A stretch of DNA of 64,000 nt, taken from an uncultured Actinomycetota bacterium (lineage in GTDB: Bacteria; Actinomycetota; Actinomycetes; Streptomycetales; Streptomycetaceae). Positions 9,139 to 17,804 of this stretch are shown here, one piece after another. Positions within the stretch are counted from its first letter, which is position 1. Every line of letters starts with the position of its first letter. The stretch spans positions 1,243,852 through 1,307,851 of the forward strand of contig CAVQCY010000002.1 of assembly GCA_963711125.1 (NCBI GenBank), given 5' to 3'. A program made the position numbers and the translations under genes. The notes under the pieces were generated by a model that was not told the DNA's origin, did not search any database, and saw nothing but the letters and a program-made list of their open reading frames with translations.

Positions 9139-9669
9139 ATGCCCAACAACCCGGCGAACGAAGGGACCATCGTGGCCCACCAGAAGACCGACGAACCCCG
9201 CGCCCTCAAGCCCGCCCTCGACGCGATGACCCTCCTGGTCGCCGGCGTTATCGTCCACGACAAGGCCACCAACCGCGTCGTCCTCCTGCAACGCGGACCC
9301 AACGCCAAATTCGCCCAAGGCATGTGGGACCTACCGGTCGGCAAGAGCGAGTCGGGCGAGCCGATCACGGAAACGGCTGTCCGCGAGCTCTACGAGGAGA
9401 CCGGTCTCACGGTCGAGCCCGAGGCCCTCAAGGTCGCCCACATCATCCACGGCGCCTGGGGTGTCGAGGCCCCCAACGGCTTCCTCACCGTCGTCTTCGC
9501 CGCCCACGAATGGTCCGGAGAGCCGGAGAACCGGGAGCCCCGGAAGCACGCGCAGGTGTGCTGGGTCGACGCCGGTGCGCTTCCTGAGGAGTTCGTACCG
9601 AGTACCGCCAGCGCGCTCCGGTGCTACCTGTCAGGAGGACCAGAGGTCTCCCTCAACGGTTGGCAGTAG
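9139..9669 (+). CDS. NUDIX hydrolase
   Basis: The Nudix box reads GKSESGEPITETAVRELYEETGL (Gx5Ex7REuxEExGu). Length is 176 aa. Confidence 0.8.
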   Translation: MPNNPANEGTIVAHQKTDEPRALKPALDAMTLLVAGVIVHDKATNRVVLLQRGPNAKFAQGMWDLPVGKSESGEPITETAVRELYEETGLTVEPEALKVAHIIHGAWGVEAPNGFLTVVFAAHEWSGEPENREPRKHAQVCWVDAGALPEEFVPSTASALRCYLSGGPEVSLNGWQ

Positions 9670-9761
9670 CAGGACGAGCGACATTGCCATCTCTCGCAGG
9701 GGACATCCAGGCCCTCTCTGACAGCCTCGGCTGAGGCACCCGTTTTATCGGGTTAGCCTGG

Positions 9762-10181
9762 ATGGGCGAGACAGGAGTACACCCCGGCATGGCCAGCACC
9801 ACCACCCCCAGCAGCTTCGGATCGGATCCGGCGCCGCGTCCGAAACGGCGCACATTCTCTGCCGAGTACAAACTGCGCCTGGTCGCCGAGTACGACGCCG
9901 CCCCTCCCGGGGAGAAGGGCGCGATCCTGCGCCGGGAGCGGCTGTACCACTCGCACATCATCGAGTGGCGCCAGGCCCGCGAGGCCGGCGCCCTGGATGG
10001 CCTGGCAGACCGGCGGACCTCGGTGGTCCGGCCGAAGAAGGCCGCCGAGCAGGCCGAGCTGGAACGGCTGCGCAAGAAGGTCGCCCGACTGGAGAAGGAC
10101 CTGGCCCGCCGCGACGCGGCCCTGGAAGTCATGGGAAAAGCCAACGCGCTCTTGGAACTGCTCTCCGAGAGCGCGGACTGA
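9762..10181 (+). CDS. IS3-family transposase OrfA (HTH)
   Basis: The sequence RTFSAEYKLRLVAEYDAAPPGEKGAILRRERLYHSHIIEWRQA plus the leucine-zipper-like tail LERLRKKVARLEKDLARRD are typical of IS3 OrfA. The start may instead be the ATG at 9789. Confidence 0.75.
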   Translation: MGETGVHPGMASTTTPSSFGSDPAPRPKRRTFSAEYKLRLVAEYDAAPPGEKGAILRRERLYHSHIIEWRQAREAGALDGLADRRTSVVRPKKAAEQAELERLRKKVARLEKDLARRDAALEVMGKANALLELLSESAD

Positions 10182-11205
10182 AGCATGCGGCCGCGCCGGT
10201 GGTCGATGAGGCTTTCGCCGGTGTCCAGGGGCAGTTGGGGACCACGGCGGCCTGCCGGCTGACCGGGCGTTCGCGTGCCACCCACTACCGCCACCTCAGC
10301 CCGAAGCCGAGGCCCGCACCGTCCCCGAGACCCGCGCCCGCCTCGGCCCTCTCACCGGCCGAGCGGGCCGCGATCCTGGAACTGCTGAACCGGCCGGAGT
10401 ACGCCGACCTGCCCCCGCACAGGTCTGGGCACGTGAGCTGGACGCGGGCACCTACTGGTGCTCGGAGCGGACGATGTACCGGATCCTGTCCGCAGCCGGG
10501 CAGAACGGCGAACGCCGCCGCCAGGCCACCCACCCGCCCAGAACGATCCCCGAACTGGTCGCGAACGGGCCGTCGCAGGTCTTCACCTGGGACATCACCA
10601 AGCTGCCCGGCCCGGCCAAGGGCATCTGGTACCACGCCTACGTGATCATCGACATCTTCAGCCGCTACATCGTCGGCCACACCGTCGAACTGGCCGAAAC
10701 AGCCGAACGGGCCGAGGAGTTGATCCGTGAGGCCATCGAACGCAACGGCATCGTGCCCGAGACCGTCCACGCGGACCGCGGGACCTCCATGACCAGCAAG
10801 AAGGTCTCCCAACTGCTGATCGACCTTGGTGTCACCAGGAGCCATTCCCGCCCCAGGGTGAGCAACGACAACCCCTACAGCGAGAGCCAGTTCCGCGCCA
10901 CGAAGTACGCCGCCGACTACCCCGCACGCTTCGACTCCCTCACGCACGCCCGGGAGTGGATGGACGCCTTCATCACCTACTACAACCACGACCACAGACA
11001 CTCCGGGATCGGCCTGCACACCCCCGCCTCCGTTCACTTCGGCACCGCCGAGGAGGTCCGGGACCAGCGGGCCGTCGCCCTCGCCGGGGCTTACCAACGC
11101 CACCCCGAACGGTTCGCCCGCCGACCGAGACCACCCGAGATACCCGGCCAGGTCTGGATCAACGACCCCGCCAATCGAAGAGAACCCGAACCACAAAGTT
11201 CATAG
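10150..11205 (+). pseudogene. IS3-family transposase OrfB (DDE integrase core), carrying an extra inactivating frameshift near 10415-10430
   Basis: The OrfB N-part is in the -1 frame (LKHAAAPVVDEAFAG...ILELLNRPEYADLPP). It then needs a further 1-nt shift at a CCCCC run to reach the AQVWARELDAGTYWCSERTMYRILSAAGQ... WDITKL...HADRGTSMTSK...SNDNPYSESQF (DDE) region. Confidence 0.65.
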
Positions 11206-11226
11206 CACCACAAACGTCTCATTTGA

Positions 11227-11852
11227 CTTGACAACTACCGGGCCCAGCGCCAGCAGTGGTGGCGCAAGTACTCAGCGGTGATCAACACCACCCAGTACGG
11301 GGGTTACCTGGCCCTGGAGTCCAGTGCGCTCGCCTTGCGCAACTACGAGACCGAGCTGATCCCTGGCCTGCTGCAGTCCGAGCAGTACGCGCGGCAGGTC
11401 ATCACCTCCATGCGCGTCGACCTCACGCCTGGCCAGGTTGAGGCGCTGGTGCAGGTCCGCATGAACCGTAAGAAGCTCCTGGAGGGCCAGGACGCCGCCA
11501 AGCTGTGGGCGGTGATCGACGAGGCCGCCTTCCGCAGGATCGAGGGCACTCCCGAGGTGCTGCGCGGGCAACTGGAACACCTGCTGGAAGCGACGACGCA
11601 GACGCACATCAGGTGCAGCTGCTGCCGTTCTCCGCGGGATTCCATCCCGGCCTCGACGGATCCTTCGTGCTCATGGCCTTCCCCGAGCCGAACCCCGACG
11701 TCGTGTGGGTGGAGAATGGCCCCAACTCGGTGTACTTCGAGGGGCCGGCCGACGTGGAGCGCTACGCCGAGGTCTTCGACCATCTGCGGGCCCGTGCCCT
11801 CGGTCCACCCGAGACCCGCACCTGGCTCAGCGACATGTTGAAGGAGTTGTGA
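11227..11852 (+). pseudogene. 5'-truncated and frameshifted XRE-family/DUF5753 regulator remnant
   Basis: The middle of a DUF5753 protein is present (RAQRQQWWRKYSAVINTTQYGGYLALESSALALRNYETELIPGLLQSEQYARQVI...). The C-terminal part QVQLLPFSAGFHPGLDGSFVLMAFPEPNPDVVWVENGPNSVYFE... lies in another frame, with a 1-nt deletion near 11600. The N-terminal HTH is missing and the IS3 right end abuts. Confidence 0.55.
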
Positions 11853-12083
11853 GTGAGCGCCACCAAGCCCGACCCCGCCGAACTGGACTTCTCCAGCGTC
11901 ATCTGGGAGAAGAGCCCCTTCAGCGGGGGCAGTGACAACTGCGTGGAGTTCGGCGCGATCGGGCACTTGGTCGCCGTGCGTGACTCCAAGCGGCCCGAGC
12001 AGACCCCGTTGCTCTTCGACCGCGACGAGATAGCCGCGATGATCGTCGGGGCGAAGAGCGGCAGCTTCGACCACTTTGCATGA
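11853..12083 (+). CDS. DUF397 domain protein
   Basis: WEKSPFSGGSDNCVEFGAIGHLVAVRDSKRPEQTPLLF matches the DUF397 signature. The GTG start directly follows the stop of the DUF5753 remnant, the canonical pairing. Confidence 0.7.
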   Translation: MSATKPDPAELDFSSVIWEKSPFSGGSDNCVEFGAIGHLVAVRDSKRPEQTPLLFDRDEIAAMIVGAKSGSFDHFA

Positions 12084-12329
12084 CCCGCCCGCCCGCCACA
12101 CCCCGGTCCCGCGCCCGCCTGACCGATCCGGGGCGGGAGAGGGCGCTCAGCGGCCGGCCTGCCCACGGGCGCTGACCGGGCGTCGGGCCCGGTGGTGGCT
12201 TCGGCAGGGTGAGGCCACCACCGGGCCCCGCGCAGGCGGGCCGCCGTCGGCGCGCCTTCCCGACGGGGGGCCCCGGCGTGCTCCGCCCGGTCGTCCTGAC
12301 CGGCTTCGGCTGCCGGTTCCGGCGGTCGG

Positions 12330-12923
12330 TCAGTGCGCGCCGGCGAGGACCGGTGCGGACCAGACGTCGATCACGACCTGGTGCCGCCTCGGGCTCACCG
12401 CCGCCGCGTCCTCCGCGTAGTTCTGGTCGACCTGTGCCGCCTCCGCCGCGCTCGGTTTGGCGTTGGTGCACGACGTGCCGGGGCCGTGGCCGGACATCAG
12501 CTCCGAGCAGGGCCCGCTGTAGTCGTCGGGCAGCCCGAAGATGTGCCCGGTCTCGTGCGCCGCGATCCGGGTCATGTCGTAGCCCTCGTCGACGGCTTCC
12601 TGTCCCAGGTCCACCTCGCCCTTGCTGCCGCCCGGGAAGATCGGCCCGAGCGTCGTCTCCGGCCAGCCGCTGGTCGCCACGTAGACGAAGTCGGCCGAGC
12701 TGGGCGAACTGCTCGGCGCCAACTGCACGTTGTGCACCGCCGCGTTCCAGTTCTGCACGGCCTGCGTGACCGCGCCCGCCCACTGTCCCGCTTGACTGGC
12801 GTCGTAGGTCAAGGTGACCACCGACGTGGCCGCCTTCGGCGCGGGGTGCGCCGAAGCCGTACCGGACGCGACGCCCAGCATGGCCGGGATCAGCGCCGCC
12901 ACGACCGCTATTCGCTTGTTCAT
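12330..12923 (-). CDS. snpA: Snapalysin (M7 small neutral Zn-metalloprotease), secreted
   Basis: Signal peptide MNKRIAVVAALIPAMLGVASGTASA. The zinc motif AHETGHIFGLPDDY (HExxHxxGxxD) is present. The mature domain is about 165 aa, typical of Streptomyces SnpA. Confidence 0.8.
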   Translation of the reverse strand: MNKRIAVVAALIPAMLGVASGTASAHPAPKAATSVVTLTYDASQAGQWAGAVTQAVQNWNAAVHNVQLAPSSSPSSADFVYVATSGWPETTLGPIFPGGSKGEVDLGQEAVDEGYDMTRIAAHETGHIFGLPDDYSGPCSELMSGHGPGTSCTNAKPSAAEAAQVDQNYAEDAAAVSPRRHQVVIDVWSAPVLAGAH

Positions 12924-13246
12924 GGGACTCGTTCGCCTCCCTGACATCTGTTGTCTGTGAGCCACAAGGGCACCACGCCGGCGGAGAGAGCCACAAGTAC
13001 GCGATTGTCGAAGGGAGATGGGCGCGACCCCCTTGACCGTGGTCCGTCGCGCCGCGGCCCGGTCGCATCCGGCCGCGTCGCGTCCCGCCGTGTCGGCCGC
13101 CTCCCGCCGCGTCCGGCCGCCTCCCGCCGCGTCCGGCCGCCTCCCGTCGCGTCCGGCCGCGTCACGGCCGTCCGGCCGCGTCACGGAGCACCGCGGCGCC
13201 GACGGCGGGCGCCGCGACAGGGGGCCGGGCGGTTCCGTGCGGCGCC

Positions 13247-14719
13247 GTGTGGCGGATGATGGGAACCGACGGCGGAGGTGGACGGAGGGGTGGTGCGGTG
13301 GTGGACGGCGATTCCATCCAGGCGGAGTCGGACCTGCGGTCCGGGGACCTGCCGGAGTCCGGGCCGGGCGCCCGGCACGAGGAGGGTGTCCCGGGTTCCG
13401 CTCGGCGCCCGTCCGAGGAGGGCGTCCCGGGTTCCGCTCGGGACCAGCCCCGGCCCCGGCCCCGGCGCGGGCGACTGCGCGGGGCCGTGGTCCTCCTCGT
13501 CATCGCGGTGCTGTTCCTCCTGCCCTGGTGGACGCTGTTCGCCTCCGGCGCCGACTGGCCGTTCCCGGTCTTCCTCGCCGGCACGGTCGCCTTCGCCTTC
13601 TGGCTGGTGTCCTTCCCCTTCCTCATGACCGCGGGCCACGGCCGGCGGCGGGACGACCGGGCGGCCCGTGCCGCGGACGGCACCCTCGGGGTGGTCTGGG
13701 TGCTGTTCACCTGGTCGGTGCTGGGCGGCTCGGCCCACCTCGTGCTGATCGGACTCGGCGTCGGCGTCGCCGACCGGGCCAGGGGCGTCGCGGTGGGCGT
13801 CGCCGCGGTCTCCGCCGGGCTGCTGGCGTGGGGGCACCGCGAGGCCATGCGGGTGCCCCGGGTGAAGCGGCTGGACGTCCACGTCCCGCGGCTCGGCGGC
13901 GGTCTGGACGGAACCCGTGTCGTGGTGCTGGCCGACACCCACTTCGGGCCGATCGACCGGGCGGACTGGTCGACGCGGGTCGCGGAGGCCGTCAACGCGC
14001 TCGACGCGCACGTCGTGGTCCACGCGGGCGACATCGCCGACGGCACCCCCGCCCGGCGCCGGGAGCAGTCCGCACCGCTCGGGACGATCCGGTCACGGCT
14101 GGCGAAGGTCTACGTCACGGGGAACCACGAGTACTTCGGGGAGGCCCAGGGCTGGCTGGACCGCATGGCGGAACTGGGCTGGGAACCGCTGCACAATCGC
14201 CACGTCGTGGTGGAGCGCGGCGGCGAGACCCTCGTGCTGGCCGGGGTGGACGACGTGACGGCGGAGTCCTCCGGCCTGGCCGGCCACCGCGCGAACCTGC
14301 TGGGTGCGTTGGCGGGCACCGACCCGGAACGGCCGGTCCTGCTCGTCGCCCACCAGCCCAAGTTCGTCGCACAGGCCGCCGCCGCCGGTGTCGACCTACA
14401 GGTCTCGGGGCACACTCACGGCGGCCAGATCTGGCCGTTCAACTTCCTGGTCCGACTCGACCAGCCGGTGGTGCACGGCCTGAGCCGGCACGGCGAGCGG
14501 ACCCAGCTCTACACCAGCCGGGGCACCGGCTTCTGGGGGCCGCCCTTCCGGGTCTTCGCACCGAGCGAGATCACGCTGCTGACGCTGCGCGCCGGGCGGG
14601 CCGCGCCGGAGCGCACCGCCGATCCCTCCGCGGCGCCCGCGGCGGGTCCGCGCGGCCCCCGCCCGGTCGGTCCGGGCCGGTTCAGGCGGGCGGCCGGCGG
14701 ACCACGCGGACGTCGGTGA
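13247..14719 (+). CDS. Membrane-anchored calcineurin-like metallophosphoesterase; start uncertain
   Basis: Motifs ADTHFG, GDIADG, GNHEY and GHTHGGQ are present. Hydrophobic segments lie N-terminal to the catalytic domain. The N-terminal region contains a 36-bp tandem duplication. Confidence 0.65.
   Translation: MWRMMGTDGGGGRRGGAVVDGDSIQAESDLRSGDLPESGPGARHEEGVPGSARRPSEEGVPGSARDQPRPRPRRGRLRGAVVLLVIAVLFLLPWWTLFASGADWPFPVFLAGTVAFAFWLVSFPFLMTAGHGRRRDDRAARAADGTLGVVWVLFTWSVLGGSAHLVLIGLGVGVADRARGVAVGVAAVSAGLLAWGHREAMRVPRVKRLDVHVPRLGGGLDGTRVVVLADTHFGPIDRADWSTRVAEAVNALDAHVVVHAGDIADGTPARRREQSAPLGTIRSRLAKVYVTGNHEYFGEAQGWLDRMAELGWEPLHNRHVVVERGGETLVLAGVDDVTAESSGLAGHRANLLGALAGTDPERPVLLVAHQPKFVAQAAAAGVDLQVSGHTHGGQIWPFNFLVRLDQPVVHGLSRHGERTQLYTSRGTGFWGPPFRVFAPSEITLLTLRAGRAAPERTADPSAAPAAGPRGPRPVGPGRFRRAAGGPRGRR
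13379..13450. repeat. 36-bp tandem duplication inside the phosphoesterase N-terminal coding region (EEGVPGSARxPS x2)
   Basis: GAGGAGGGTGTCCCGGGTTCCGCTCGG is repeated, with T to C and divergent 3' ends. Confidence 0.6.
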
Positions 14720-15743
14720 CCTCCATCAGGCCGTCGAGGTCGACCACCGTCCTGGTCTGGCCGGGGTCGACCACGAGACCGTCGCGGCGTACGAGGTCCA
14801 GCAGCCGTTCGGCCAGCGGGAGCACCATGTGGCGGCCCCAGCAGCGTTCGTTGGCGTGGCCGAACGGCAGGTAGCCGGGGTGGGTGTCGCCGTCCAGGTC
14901 GTTCCACCGCTCCGGGCGGAACGCGTCCGGCTCGTCCCACAGCGCGGGGTCGCGGTGGCTCAGCAGCGGCAGCAGCAGCACGTCGTCGCCCGGGCCGATC
15001 CGTTCGTCCACCCGCGCGAACTCCGGCGAGGCGACCCGCAGGATGTTCCACGACACCGGCAGCAGGCGCAGCGCCTCCAGGATGACGTTGCGGTGGGGGA
15101 CGTCGTCGTCGAACGGCGCGCCGAGCCAGAGCGCGTTGGTGACGAGGGCGGCCACCGTGAAGCAGATCGGCGCGGCGACCCGGCGGTAGAGGTACATCGC
15201 GTAGCGCCGCTCGGCGTAGTCCGGGGCGTTCAGGACCAGGCCGGCCAGCTTCGACATCGGCAGGTCGCGGCCGGGCCGGCGCAGGAACGCGGCGCCCGAG
15301 GTGACGGCGGACCAGGTGACCTTCGGCGTCAACTCCAGCCTGCGGTCGACCAGGACACGGAACCGGAGGCTCTCACGGCCGAACACCAGGTCGCGCAGGT
15401 ACGTGTGCGGCACGTGCGGCCAGCGGCCGGTCAGGTCGGCCCGTTCGTCCGCCAGCGGTCGTTGCAGCGCGCGCCGCACGTCGGCGCCCACCGCCTGCAT
15501 GAAAGTGGAGGCGTCGGCCCGGCTCACCTCACGACCCCACACCGGTTTGAACGTGGGCCTTTCCTCGGCGTTCGCCGGCCGGCTGCGGAGCACCCCGTCC
15601 ATCAGGTCGGCGCCGGCAATTCCTACGGTGTCGGATTCCAGCCGGAAAAGCTGTTGGCCGCGATATCGGGTGAGGAGTTCCTCAATTCTCGGTGCGAACT
15701 CCACGACGCGGGTGGGCTGACCGGCGGTACGGTGCTTCGGCAT
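14682..15743 (-). CDS. Cytochrome P450 (short, 353 aa)
   Basis: K-helix ExxR (EALRLLP), PERF-like FRPERW and a heme-binding loop PFGHANERCWG with the conserved Cys are present. It is convergent with, and overlaps, the phosphoesterase 3' end by 38 bp. Confidence 0.7.
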   Translation of the reverse strand: MPKHRTAGQPTRVVEFAPRIEELLTRYRGQQLFRLESDTVGIAGADLMDGVLRSRPANAEERPTFKPVWGREVSRADASTFMQAVGADVRRALQRPLADERADLTGRWPHVPHTYLRDLVFGRESLRFRVLVDRRLELTPKVTWSAVTSGAAFLRRPGRDLPMSKLAGLVLNAPDYAERRYAMYLYRRVAAPICFTVAALVTNALWLGAPFDDDVPHRNVILEALRLLPVSWNILRVASPEFARVDERIGPGDDVLLLPLLSHRDPALWDEPDAFRPERWNDLDGDTHPGYLPFGHANERCWGRHMVLPLAERLLDLVRRDGLVVDPGQTRTVVDLDGLMEVTDVRVVRRPPA

Positions 15744-15768
15744 CGGCGGACCTTCGTCGGCGGGACGG

Positions 15769-15801
15769 CCCGCGCCGCCCGGTTCACCCGGCCGGCGCGG
15801 G
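15769..15801 (-). promoter_or_regulatory. GC-rich stem-loop between the small peptide ORF and the P450
   Basis: CCCGCGCCGCCCGG-ttcac-CCGGCCGGCGCGGG forms a 14-bp stem with one mismatch. Confidence 0.3.
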
Positions 15802-15822
15802 ACTTGACGGGGAACGGCCCGA

Positions 15823-15900
15823 TCAGATCCAGCCGTACCAGGCGTACGCCTTCAGGCTCTTCTGGGACCGGAGCTTCCTGGCGAGGCGAACGAGTTTCAT
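15823..15900 (-). CDS. Candidate RiPP precursor peptide (25 aa; alternative upstream ATG at 15912 gives 29 aa)
   Basis: ATG with SD GGAGGA 5 nt upstream. The peptide is MKLVRLARKLRSQKSLKAYAWYGWI: a basic leader and an aromatic C-terminal core. It lies 79 bp upstream of, and co-oriented with, the P450. Confidence 0.45.
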   Translation of the reverse strand: MKLVRLARKLRSQKSLKAYAWYGWI

Positions 15901-16302
15901 GAATTCCTCCATGCCTGCTGGGTGCCGACGAATTCAGTGAACCGGTGGACGGATCGGTCCCGAGCCGCACGGAAGCGGAACGAAATCCATTCCAGCCACC
16001 CGGAAAGTGAATACCGGCTTGTTGAAGCTGTCAAGTGATCGATCTCACGTGGTGAATCGTCCACGGCGGGTTTTGAATTCTTCGCGATCGTCATTCGGCA
16101 GATATCGCGCAGAGTGCCCATGGAGTGTGATGCGGAGGCTCGCCGAGCAGCGGGCCCACGGCCGCCCGTCCGGCCCTGGTCCCGCGGGTTCCGGCCGCCG
16201 CCCGTCCGGCCCGGCGATGCCCGCCGCCGCCCGTCCGGCCCGGCTGCCCGTCCGACGCCCCGCCGCCCCAGCCGGCCGCGGCCGGCGGGCTCGCCCGGGC
16301 GG

Positions 16303-16572
16303 TCAGCCGGCGGTGTTCCCGCCGTGCGGCGCTCCGGACGCCTTGCCGATCTCCGCCCAGACCACCGCGCCCGTGCCGACCCGGTCGTGGCCGAACCGGT
16401 CGGCGCGGGCCAGTGCGGCGATGATGGCCGTCAGCACGTCCACGGTGACCTCGGTGGGCACGTCGGCCTCGACGCGGACGGCGTCCGCGGTCTCGACGGT
16501 GCGTGCCCGGCCGCCGGTCGCGACGGTCAGTCGTCCGGCGATCTCGCGGGCGCGGGAGGCAGGTGAACGCAC
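16303..16572 (-). CDS. Small hypothetical protein (89 aa)
   Basis: GTG start with GAGGA 7 nt upstream. Codon usage is consistent with a real gene. No family was recognised. Confidence 0.4.
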   Translation of the reverse strand: MRSPASRAREIAGRLTVATGGRARTVETADAVRVEADVPTEVTVDVLTAIIAALARADRFGHDRVGTGAVVWAEIGKASGAPHGGNTAG

Positions 16573-16656
16573 GGGTGTCCTCAGGTGAGCCGGAGCCGAT
16601 GATCACGCATCGTAAGACTACTTAAGCAGGTTGGACCTGATGCAGTAACTTTGTCA

Positions 16657-16689
16657 ACGCAGTCAGAGCTTCGACGCAGTCAGAGCTTC
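16657..16689. promoter_or_regulatory. Tandem 16-bp direct repeat (ACGCAGTCAGAGCTTC x2) in the gntR promoter region
   Basis: Perfect copies at 16657-16672 and 16674-16689 lie in a lower-GC intergenic region about 25 bp upstream of the GntR ATG. Confidence 0.35.
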
Positions 16690-16712
16690 AACCGGCAGGT
16701 GGGAGACCGCGG

Positions 16713-17477
16713 ATGGAAGGCGAGGCCCCTTACCTGCGGGTCGCCGAGGACCTGCGGGCGCGCATCGGGCGCGGGGAATGGGCCGAGGGCGACCGCATGC
16801 CCTCCCGCGCGATGCTCGCGAGGGAGTACGGGGTCGGGCGCAACGTGACCCAGCGTGCGGTGGACCGGCTCATCGTCGAGGGCCTGGTCGAGGGCCGGGC
16901 CGGCTCCGGTACGTTCATCAGCCGCCCTCGCGAGCGCCGGCGGATGGTCCGCTCCCGGCCCGGCGCGCCGCGCGGCGGCAGTCCGTTCCACGCCGGCCCC
17001 GGCCTGGACGACCTGGGCGGCGAGCCGCACTGGGAGCACCACACCCAGGCGCGGGTGCCGGCACCGACCGCCATCGCCGAGCGGCTGGCGATCGCCGAGG
17101 GCGACCCGTGTGTGCACACCCGTTACGAGTTCATGGTCGACCGGCGCACGGTGCAGCTGTCCAGCAGCTGGGAGCCGATGGCCGTCACCCACGAGACGCC
17201 CGTGCTGCTGCCCGAGTTGGGACCGCTGGCCGGCAAGGGCGTCATCGAGCGGATGCTGAGCATCGGGGTGCGGGTGGTGTCCGCGCTGGAGATCCCGCGG
17301 CCGGCCCGGGCCACCGCCGCCGAGGCGGCCATGCTCGGCATCCTCCCCGGCGACCTGGTGCTGCACATCCAGCGCACCTACGTCGCGAGCGACGGCCGCC
17401 CGGTCGAGACGGCGGACATCACGGTGCCGGACGTGCGCTGGGAGATCGCCTACGAGGTCCCCACCCGGCACGACTGA
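16713..17477 (+). CDS. GntR-family (HutC subfamily, UTRA effector domain) transcriptional regulator
   Basis: The N-terminal wHTH reads PSRAMLAREYGVGRNVTQRAVDRLIVEGLV. A UTRA-like C-terminal domain follows. The RBS is GGTGGGAG. Confidence 0.8.
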   Translation: MEGEAPYLRVAEDLRARIGRGEWAEGDRMPSRAMLAREYGVGRNVTQRAVDRLIVEGLVEGRAGSGTFISRPRERRRMVRSRPGAPRGGSPFHAGPGLDDLGGEPHWEHHTQARVPAPTAIAERLAIAEGDPCVHTRYEFMVDRRTVQLSSSWEPMAVTHETPVLLPELGPLAGKGVIERMLSIGVRVVSALEIPRPARATAAEAAMLGILPGDLVLHIQRTYVASDGRPVETADITVPDVRWEIAYEVPTRHD

Positions 17478-17804
17478 CCGCCCCCGTACCCGGGGCCGGT
17501 ACGGGTTCTGGTGCGGCTGGGCCCCGGACCGCGGTGCGTGCCGGGCCCGCGGCGGCCGTCCGACCCGGACGGCGCCGGTCCGGCAGCCGGAGTGCGCGGC
17601 GGTCGTCCGCGGCCGGAGCGCGCGGTCGGGGACTGGGGGTCGGGGGCCGGGATCCGGTGTGACCTGGCTCATGGGTGATTTGTCCGCATCGGAGTGGGAA
17701 GGCTGGCATGTGAGGCACGCCGGAGGAGCGCGGCGGGGTCGGGGGGCGGGACGGCGCTCCCGAGCGGCGGAGCGGGACGAAGGGGGTCTCCGAGGAACGC
17801 GACC

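Larger units (their letters stand above)
9720..11233 (+). mobile_element. IS3-family insertion sequence (~1.5 kb); ends only approximately placed
   Basis: OrfA has the HTH (9762-10181). OrfB has the DDE integrase core and lies in the -1 frame relative to orfA, as in IS3 programmed frameshifting. Candidate termini are TGACAGCC...TGAGGCACCCGTTT on the left and AAACGTCTCA...TGTCA on the right. No clean target duplication was found. Confidence 0.65.

Noticed and set aside
9719-9760. Precise IS3 terminal inverted repeats and target duplication
   Set aside because: Only a weak match (TGxCA...TGAGxC...CGTTT) between the ends could be aligned by eye and no flanking direct repeat was found. Boundaries are reported as approximate.
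12924-13246. Expected LysR-type regulator divergent from snapalysin (as in snpR/mprR arrangements)
   Set aside because: No HTH/LysR-like ORF is present in the 320-bp spacer. The neighbouring gene is a phosphoesterase instead.
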